This document shows, piece after piece, positions 27,140 through 36,000 of a stretch of DNA of 57,414 bases. Source of the stretch: Deltaproteobacteria bacterium (lineage in GTDB: Bacteria > JACQOV01); the NCBI GenBank assembly GCA_016202395.1, contig JACQOV010000051.1:1-57414 (forward strand), given 5' to 3'. A model generated the notes under the pieces. That model saw nothing but the letters and a program-made list of their open reading frames with translations, made no database searches and was not told where the DNA came from. Each line of letters opens with the position of its first letter. The first letter of the stretch is position 1. A program made the translations under genes and the position numbers.

Positions 27140-29515
27140 TCATTGCGAAATCGTGAAGGTGCCAGGGCTTGTCACAGGTTGTCCCCCAATAGTGAAGACG
27201 ACCCTGTAAGGTTCTCCTACGGTCACCCCCGAAGGAACGATAAATGTCCAGGCGGTGCTTGTTCGAGATACGACCGTTTGAACGGATACGCTCTGAGTGC
27301 CATTGACCAGCGTCACGGTTTGTGGATCGGTGGGCATGTTCGTTCCATTTACAATCATCGAAGCCCCTACAGCTGCGGAAGAAGTGGAAAAACTAGTTAT
27401 AGCCATGTTGTTTCCATTACCACCGAGTGATGCAACAATACGGATATAGTTTGAGGAGTTGGTGCTCCCGATCTTCAGATAATATTCTGCGTCCACCAGA
27501 GAAACGATTCCCGAAGTCAGAGTGCCGGTGAGCATCCCACTAGAACAGGCCGCAGAAGTGCTGTTGGTCAGAGTGAGTCCACTGGAATCGGTTCCACTAC
27601 TCTTTGGAGTAAATTTCATCGTAGTTCCTGCGGCAATGCTCCCAGAGGTCACACAGACATAAAGTGTTCCTCCCACAGGCACACTTGTTCCCGCAGGAAG
27701 AGCGGTCCCGGAAAGGTCCGAAATATGAAACACCGGCGCGGTTGTCGTCGTTGTCGTTGTAGTTGTTGTCGTGGTGCTGGTCGTGCCCGTTGTCGTCCCG
27801 CCAGTCCCTGTGGCAGGCTCACCCCCAAATTGGTTAGCAAAGTCAAAATTTTGGTCAATTCCAGCCTCCTGTTTAAATTGGCCGAAATCGGTATATTGGC
27901 TCAAATCTTGTCCCTCAAGCGCTCCCGTGTCTAATCCAAAAAATTCCTCGATACTGCTGTAACCCAAATCCCCCTTGGCCACATCAATCAACTCGCCAAA
28001 ATAAGCCACAGACACCGTTCCTCCAAATTGGTCTGCCATGTTAGCTACCTCATCAGGGTCCCGCAACTTCGAACAATCTGACACACTTGTAGGATTCGAT
28101 AGATCGATCGTCCCGCACTCTAGCTCCTCAAATCGACACGAATACTCTAACCTCTCCCGAAACACGGAAGGGGGAACCCCAGAGGCTGTTGCTCCCGCCT
28201 CCTCGGCTAACACATCGAGATCCTTCGCTAATGCCTCGTCACAAGAAAGATTTCCAATTTGGGTCTCAAAATCAAAACTTCCGCAACTAGAGCACTTTTC
28301 GACCGCCTGGTTTCCAAACGTTGCTCGAACATAGCCGCTGGGGTCTAAGAACATCTTTGCATCCGCCAATTTCATATCCTTAGCATCGACGGCTCCCTGG
28401 AAAGAGGTCCTCATCTCTGCGTAATCGGAAGCATCCACGAAGGCGCTGAACCCTCCCAACTCAAATAGCGTTAATCCCATCTCCATCGCCTCCTCAATCG
28501 CAAAGTGAGCGCTTTCAAAACCGGTCAGAAAATCGACATCGCCCGAATATTGGGACTTGAGGGCCGTTATCTTGGCTTCCCCCGCCGCTTTGACGGCGTT
28601 CTGAATGCCGGAGTACTTCTCCAGAGGAATCCCTAAGGCATCCCACTCTTCGTACATCTTCCCCCCCATTCGATCCAACACCGTGTTGAGATCGATAGAG
28701 CTCACAGCCATCTCCTTAACCATCTTTCCGAATGCGGCGCTTGAGCCCCGAAACGCGCTCATCCCCAAACTCTCATCCCCCAAAAAACTCTCCTTCCACA
28801 CCAAATTCTCCTCCCGAAATTGAGCCACCATCGCCGCCAATCGATTTCCAGTAGGGACTGTTTCCCCCGTGGCTAACCACTTGGAGGCCATGTCCGTCAA
28901 ATTCATAAAATGAGGGGTGGGAAACTCCTCGCTATAGTTGGCGATGGTTTCTTGGATGATCTTTCTTAAGCCCGAGATCTCAGGATTAATGGAACATTTG
29001 GCCTTTCCATCACTGGAATCGATAATATCGCTAATGGGAGTAATAATCCCAAACTCCTCCCCCACGTTGGGATTTCCTGTCAAGTCGACCACCACCTCAA
29101 TCATAGCCCCCGAATCGCTTGCCACATTCACAGAGGTTTCCGCAGTTCCATCGCCATCAACGTCGACGTTCACATCCGGAATCCCAAACGAAATCGTATC
29201 GTTGGCAATGCTTAAATTTAAAATCTCAATCGATTGGCGAGCCCCCTCAGTGCCATCGGTCACATAGAGGTAAGCCTGTACCTTCCCCTGGATGTCAGCA
29301 AGCTCTAAAGGAACTTTTCTAGAAAGCCCAGCAGATTTTATCCCTGCTGTTAGAGCCGATGCAGAGGTAGTGGTCATCGGCGCCTCAAAGTTGAGCGCCA
29401 CGGTGGGGGTCGTATCGGTGCTACTAGATCCACCCCCTCCTCCGCCTCCCCCGCAAGTCGTGAAGATAAGGCCCATAAAGCTAACGAATAAAAAGCCTTT
29501 GAAAGAGTTATTCAT
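27140..29515 (-). CDS. Large lipoprotein: Gly linker, helical middle, Thr-rich linker, C-terminal IPT/TIG-like domain(s)
   Basis: Start MNNSFKG after AGAAAGGGG RBS; IFTTC-GGGGGGGG; poly-Thr linker; ITSFSTSSAAVGASMIVNGTN. Confidence 0.7.
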   Translation of the reverse strand: MNNSFKGFLFVSFMGLIFTTCGGGGGGGGSSSTDTTPTVALNFEAPMTTTSASALTAGIKSAGLSRKVPLELADIQGKVQAYLYVTDGTEGARQSIEILNLSIANDTISFGIPDVNVDVDGDGTAETSVNVASDSGAMIEVVVDLTGNPNVGEEFGIITPISDIIDSSDGKAKCSINPEISGLRKIIQETIANYSEEFPTPHFMNLTDMASKWLATGETVPTGNRLAAMVAQFREENLVWKESFLGDESLGMSAFRGSSAAFGKMVKEMAVSSIDLNTVLDRMGGKMYEEWDALGIPLEKYSGIQNAVKAAGEAKITALKSQYSGDVDFLTGFESAHFAIEEAMEMGLTLFELGGFSAFVDASDYAEMRTSFQGAVDAKDMKLADAKMFLDPSGYVRATFGNQAVEKCSSCGSFDFETQIGNLSCDEALAKDLDVLAEEAGATASGVPPSVFRERLEYSCRFEELECGTIDLSNPTSVSDCSKLRDPDEVANMADQFGGTVSVAYFGELIDVAKGDLGYSSIEEFFGLDTGALEGQDLSQYTDFGQFKQEAGIDQNFDFANQFGGEPATGTGGTTTGTTSTTTTTTTTTTTTAPVFHISDLSGTALPAGTSVPVGGTLYVCVTSGSIAAGTTMKFTPKSSGTDSSGLTLTNSTSAACSSGMLTGTLTSGIVSLVDAEYYLKIGSTNSSNYIRIVASLGGNGNNMAITSFSTSSAAVGASMIVNGTNMPTDPQTVTLVNGTQSVSVQTVVSRTSTAWTFIVPSGVTVGEPYRVVFTIGGQPVTSPGTFTISQ

Positions 29516-29555
29516 ACCGAACCCCTTTCTTTCCCATGGTCCCAAGAGAAAGTGA

Positions 29556-29571
29556 TGCAAAAAGCGTGCCG
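29556..29571 (-). promoter_or_regulatory. sigma54 (-24/-12) promoter
   Basis: CGGCACGCTTTTTGCA on the minus strand, 40 nt upstream of ATG 29515. Confidence 0.88.
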
Positions 29572-29698
29572 AGATGAGCGGGAAAAATTAGAGTGTAACC
29601 ACTTGTTTTTATGTTGTTTTTTAGTTATTGGAAATGGGATATCGGAACAAATCTATGCAAAGAGTGTTCATATGTGCTCATTTGACTCAACCCAGTAG

Positions 29699-29724
29699 GG
29701 GGTCAGACCTAACTATCTAACTAT
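29699..29724 (+). repeat. RAYT-associated repeat R5
   Basis: GGGGTCAGACCTAACTATCTAACTAT preceded by GTAG, in the divergent promoter region. Confidence 0.93.
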
Positions 29725-29789
29725 CCCGAGATGTGAAGTTAGATTCACAGTGAGGGAGTATCAATTTTTTAACACCGTTTATTCTTAAT

Positions 29790-29802
29790 TATCAAGTAGT
29801 TA
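29790..29802 (+). promoter_or_regulatory. IHF site
   Basis: TATCAAGTAGTTA, perfect consensus. Confidence 0.65.
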
Positions 29803-29907
29803 CGAATTATCCCCTTTTTTAAGCAACCGCCGTTGACATTCTTTAGGGTTTTTTTTCACCCCTTTTCAGCGATAGTTCGTTGCGTCAAACAGAAATAAAG
29901 CCTTAAA

Positions 29908-29920
29908 AATCAAAAGATTA
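29908..29920 (+). promoter_or_regulatory. IHF site proximal to the sigma54 promoter
   Basis: AATCAAAAGATTA, perfect consensus, ending 31 nt before the GG. Confidence 0.7.
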
Positions 29921-29950
29921 ACCAGCCTGTTCTCTCATTCAATTCAGAAC

Positions 29951-29966
29951 TGGCACACCTTTTGCA
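29951..29966 (+). promoter_or_regulatory. sigma54 (-24/-12) promoter of the Rhs shell operon
   Basis: TGGCACACCTTTTGCA, essentially perfect consensus. Confidence 0.92.
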
Positions 29967-30046
29967 ATACAATAATGGCATCTCCAGAGTCACAGTTTAC
30001 CAGCGTGTTTAGAATACCGATGGTGGAGGGTGTAGGAGGTAGGGCG

Positions 30047-33000
30047 ATGGATAAAGGTAAGAGGGAATCTTGGTTCCGACAATTATTGGCCGTGTGGTTG
30101 ATATCGGCTTTACTTGTGTTTCCGGCGTCTTCCGGTTGGGCTGCTCCTTTGGCTAATGCAGATGATGCAAAGGCAAAAGCTGTTTCAGAGAATCTGGTTA
30201 CGAAGGAGGTTGCTTTTGGGGCGCGGTTAGCGACACAGCCGGGAGAAGCATCAGAGATTGCGGAAGAAGAGGAGGAATATAAGGAATTACCTTTACAGAA
30301 TATGACGGAGGAAACGCCACCGGGGCCCGAGAGCGCTCCTTTGAGTTCCATGCAGGTAAGTACGAATGTAGATTCCCATACGGGGTCAGCCAATGCCAGT
30401 GTTCCTATTAAAGTACCAGCTGGGCGAGGAAGGATCGAACCGAAGCTTTCATTGGTTTACAACAGTGGAGGAGCGGACACCCTCCTGGGGCCTGGTTGGA
30501 GTATGCCCATTGGGACGATTACGCGAAGATGGGATCGTATGGAGGGATTACAGTATCGCGAGGATGTTTCTTTTGTCACTGTCATTGGTGGAAAGAGTGA
30601 CACTTTGTATCCGGTGGATAACCGGACTACTTTCATATCTAAAGTTGAAGATCTTTCGAAGTATTACTTAGCTTCTGACAGTTTGTCATGGGAGGTCACA
30701 GACAAGAGCGGAACTCGCTACATTTTTGATCTACACGTAGCGAGGGATGGTGATGACGATTCTGCATCGTCTGTTAGCGATATTTATAAATGGTACTTAA
30801 CACGGATTGAGGATTTAAAAGGAAACTATCTCAGGATTGAGTACACCCGAGATCGTCCTTCTGATGATGAGTTTGCCGAAGAGTTTTATCCGGTGAGTAT
30901 TTATTACACTGGCCATTCAGATGATGAGAACTTTAGGAATCGGGTGGATTTTGTGTATGAGCGGAGGCCAGAACAGGTTCTGGTGGGGGATGGAGGGGAT
31001 TTTCGCTTGGTCAGCCATCACAGGCTTGTGGCGATTGAAGTTTATAGTGATCAGGGAAATGAACTCCTATGGAAATATGAGTTGGAATATCAAGCAGGGT
31101 ATTCCTGGATCGGAACACGATTAAAGAGCGTGAGGATGATTGGGGCCAACCCCTTGGATGAACTGCCACCGGTTACATTTACGTATTATGAGTTTCCGAT
31201 AGGCGAAGATGGAATGCCGAGATTCGTCGAGGAAGTGGGAGGAACTTGGCCAGGAGCTCCCACTACGGGTTATCTGCGATCTCATCGAGAGAGTGGACGA
31301 TGTGTTGTAAGTGATTTTGTGGACCTCAATTGCGACAAACTTACCGATTATGTGGAGGTGAGGGGGAGTGAGTGCCCTTATGATGGAAATGATATTAAAG
31401 GTTATGAGGTATTGAGTTGGGAAGGGCAATGGTGGAATGGTTGGTCGGAGGAGGAGATCGAGGAATGGGTTTGGCGGGAGCTGAGGGAAGATTATCAGCA
31501 ACTGGAATGGCGTTTTTATGAGAATAATGGAGAAGGCTTTGAGGCGTACAAGGTCTTTGAGTCACCTACCTCTACTAAACGTGAAAAGCTTTATGCCTGT
31601 GGTGATTGTGATAGTTATGTGGAAGTAGAAATTACTTATTACCTTTATACTGCTCTTTCTCTAGTGGATAACGATGGTGATGAACTATTCGATGTGATGG
31701 ATATCAATGGAGATAGTTGCCCGGAGTTGGTTGCGTCAGGAAAATACACGAATCGTCAAGGTTGGCTTGTTTATCACAATATCAATCGTAATGAGGATAC
31801 AGGCGGCGTTGGATTTGTTACGAACTCAGAATTTTGGGAAACGCCGGATGGATCGGTTCCTTACATATCCCGTACCCACCTCGATGAAGAAGCCAATCAA
31901 CTCACCCAAGGCTTCTTCCAATTCTATCCTTCTGATCCGCCAGAGTATCTCAATTCGGAGGCTAGCACGCCATATTGGAAGATTTATAAATTTAACGTGG
32001 GGGAGGAAACCTACGATCTTGAAAGCATCGAGGTGGAGCAGAAAAAAGTGGGACCGACGGGCATGTACTATCTTACGGCGCGGGGAGCAAAGAGTGTGAT
32101 AGGGGGTCTTTTTAATTTTCCAACGAGCAGTTCATTGAACTACGTAGTGGCTGATTACCCTGGAGAGGGAGATGGGAGTTGGTATTATTATGATCGGGAT
32201 AGTGAAGGGGATTTTTCTACATCGGCTGAGAGCTTTGAGGTTCCTTACACTGATGCGGCTGCGATATTTCAATCGAATGATTCGGGACAGACGCATGGAT
32301 TGCTTCCGATGGAGGGAAGGAACGATGACACACCGGACTACGTAACCACAACGGACGATCAAGGTAAAGCGACCACCACCTGGACGGTGTACATCAATAT
32401 GGGGGTAGGAAGTTGCTTTGGGAAGTATGATCCTGCTGGTGGGACAGAGCCTTTGTGTCGAGAGGGAGTAAGTTTTCAGGGACCTGGGGAATATTTGTCG
32501 GACTATAAGGGGGTGAATCTTGGGGCCGCCTTTGAAGATCTGGATCGGAGTGGGATTTCGGATTATGTAGTGGCAACTACCGATGGCTGGACGATCTATC
32601 GAGATCTGAAGGCTCCTTTAGATACGGCTGCAGCCGCAAGCATTGGCCCAGAGGCTCATGGGGTTTCTTCGGGGACTTTGTATTCAGTGAATAATGGGTT
32701 AGGTGGAGTCACCTCTTTCCAGTACACCCCTTCGAGCCAGTTTACGAATGCAAATAGTGACGGAAAAGATACTCTCTCTGTGGTTTTTCCCGTGGTGACG
32801 GAAGTGAAAATAGAGGATGGCTTTGGGAATAGTTATGTGCGCACCTTCGATTATGAAGGGGGATATTTTTATCAGGGGAATGAAGCGGTGAGTGTGGGGC
32901 CTGGGACTGTGACCTCTTGGGTAGATGAGTTTCGTGGATTCCAGAAGGTTAGGGAGACAGATCCCGAGGGTAAAGTGACGGAGACGAGGTTCTATCAAGG

Positions 33001-36000
33001 TAGAAAGGATGGAGCAACTTCCAATGAAAGGGATTATGCGTTGCAGGGGCAGGTGGTCAGTCAGACGGTTAAGGATTCAAGTGGGCGTTTAGTGAGTCAG
33101 ATGGATCATGAGTGGGAATTAGCGACATTCCAAGGGGGAAGGTATCCCAGGTTTAAGGGCAAGACGAGTTGGATCTATGATGAAAGTGGAGGGAGTCGGA
33201 AGCGGAAAGTGTCATTTGTCTATGACGCCTATGGGAATGTGGTGAAGATGCACGATCATGGAAATCCAGATTCAAACGATGGTGATGAGTTCAGTGAATG
33301 TGCGACTTACTACACACCTGATCTGGAATCAGGGGATCCATGGATATTAGATCGGAAGGCAAGTAGTTGGACACAGGAAGAAATAGTCTCCAACATTTCG
33401 AATGCTTGCCAAGGGAGTACAGGCCGACTGAATGAACGGGTTTACTTGTATGATTTGCAGGAACCGTGGGAAGGGGATCTACCAAATCTGAGCACATGGG
33501 ATGTGACAGAGTCGGGGAACTTGAGTGAGGAGTTTGTCCATTTAGTAGATAGTACGAGTGGAGTAGATCGTTGGATAGGGTATCGGTACAACGAGTATGA
33601 CGAGTATGGGAATTTGGTGGACATGTGGGACGCCCGTGAGAATCGGACGCACATCGTTTACGTTTATTTCGACACACTTGTGACAAGTGTGACAGAGGCT
33701 TATGAGACGGAGGAGGCTTATACGACTTACTATGAGTATAGTGAGCGCTTTAATGAGGGGACGGGCTTAGCGTCAGTGGAAGAAGATCCGAATGGGGCAA
33801 GGGTTGAGACCGATTACGATACCTTAGGTCGTGTGATTGAGACTCGTCGAGGAACCTATTCGACAACCTATTCCACCGAACGAATCGAATACAACAATTT
33901 AGGGGTCCTCCCTGGAACCCATTCCTCTTGTCAAAGTCGTCCAGAATCTCCCCCTGTGGAGAACGTGAATCGTTCGAAGTGGATAGCCATTCCTTCCGAT
34001 GAAGTGGAGCCTCAAGGCTCGAGGTGGTGGTTTCCATTTACGAAAGGGATTCAGTCCGTAATGCCAAAAGAGCGTGAGGAGTGTCAGAATGTTCGGAAGG
34101 AGGTAGTCGATAATGTCGGAGGGGGGACGACATGGGAGGTTTCCTATTTTGATGGGATGGGGAGAGGTTACAAGGCGGTGAAACCTTCGGATCAGGGGAT
34201 GGTGAAGTCGGTGGTGGAGTTTGATCTCTTGGGGCGTGTGTCGCAACGTTCTGTACCTGTTTTGTTGAGTCAGGCACTGGATCTTCAAGACAGCCGCCTA
34301 TGGATGAAAATGGAGTATGACGATTTCTCGCGAGTGAAGGTATTGGAGCGACCGTCTCCGGATTATTCTGTTGCAGAGCGATTTGAGGTAAGCCATAAGG
34401 GGTACGAAATAAAGATTAAGGATGCAGGTTACAATGCTTCGGGAAGCCCTGGAATGTTGACGAAAGTGAAGGTGAATTCGCAGGGGCGGCCCGTAGAAGT
34501 TCGAGAGTGTTTCGAGGAAAGCTGTTCAGGAGTAGCACTTACTCAATACAAGTATCATGCGGTGGGAGGGCTTAAAGAGATTAAAGTCACGCCTTACGAA
34601 AGTTCTTACGGAACCATCACTACTCAATTTACATACGATAGCCTAGGGCGCAGAGTTGTAGGCAAAGATCCTAATCAGGGGACGTGGAGCTATAAATATG
34701 ACGATTCGGGTAATATCGTGAGGCGTGTTGACGCCAAGGGGAATATCTGGCGATTTGAATACGATGCCAGAAATCGTCTAGATCGTAGATTTTTGGACAT
34801 GAACGACGATAGTGCGCCGGATGGGGCGGTTGTAGATTATCAATACGACACAGGTTCAAGTGGTTGTTATTCTCAAAGTCGGCTAACCGCTATTGTAACG
34901 ACCGGCTCCGACAACGATCATTCGATCTCTTACTGTTACGATCGACTGGGGCGTGTCGCCTTAAAAACAAGGACGTTAAGCGATGGTTCAGCGTATGGCT
35001 TTGCTTATGCCTACAATGGCCTGGATCAGGTTACCCAGATCACCTATCCGAGTTGGTATACGGTCCAATATGAATACGATGATACGACTCTTCAGCTCAA
35101 GCGTGTCAAAAGCGCGTTGGACAACCAACTCCTCGTGGAGGACATAAAATACAACGAGCGGGGAGGTGTTGCCCAAATCGATTACGGGAATGGAACCACC
35201 ACAATGATGGACTATGAAGAAGGCTCGCAGCGAACCGAAGAGATCCGTGTAGATCGGACGAGTGACAGTGCAAAACTTCTGGATCTGGTTTATCAATATT
35301 ATGCCAGTGGAGATGTGAAGCAGACAAAAGAAACGGCGTCGTCATGGACGGAAAACTTTTACTATGATGGTTACCATCGTTTAATACAAGCCACGCGCAC
35401 GGATCAAGGAAATCCCACTCATGACTATCTCTACGATTATGATTCCATCGGGAATATGATCCAGAACACCGCGGTCACCACAGGGGAATACCATTATGAG
35501 GATCCAAATCATCCTCATGCGGTGACCTCAATCGATAATTCATATGACTTTGATTACGACGACAACGGTAACCTTGTATCGAAATTTCGTGCAGATCGTT
35601 CGGTTGGGACTAACTACGGTTGGGATAGGGAAGAAGCTCGGCTCGATTATGTTTGGTCCATTGATTATGAAAATAAACTCAGTGACATTACCTATTTTTA
35701 CTATCATGCCGATGGTCAAAGAGTAAAAGTAGCGAGTGGTGATGCTATATCAGGACAACTCTCAGAGGTTTTGACGCTCGAAGGGCTTTATGAAGAGCGG
35801 GAAGGAGAAATCATCCATCATGTGTATATGGGGAGTCAGAAGGTAGCAGAGGTTACTATCCCGCAAGGAACCGATCTTCGTGCCACCTCCGCAGGCATTA
35901 TTTCAAACCACAGCGTCTCTTGGTTCTTCTCCCATTGGGATTCCTACGGGTGGGTTTTCTTCCTCTTCGCTTTTCTCATCTATTTCCTTGTTCTGTGGAT

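Noticed and set aside
27737-27800. GTT/GTC-rich microsatellite as a phase-variation tract
   Set aside because: Degenerate triplet run encoding the poly-Thr linker; slippage would keep the frame
29975-30046. ORF-track N-terminal extensions (also 2979, 8598, 10882, 12139, 15072, 29560, 43683, 46072, 47217, 49640, 52617)
   Set aside because: Downstream ATGs have better RBSs or signal peptides, and several extensions overlap promoters, repeats or upstream genes
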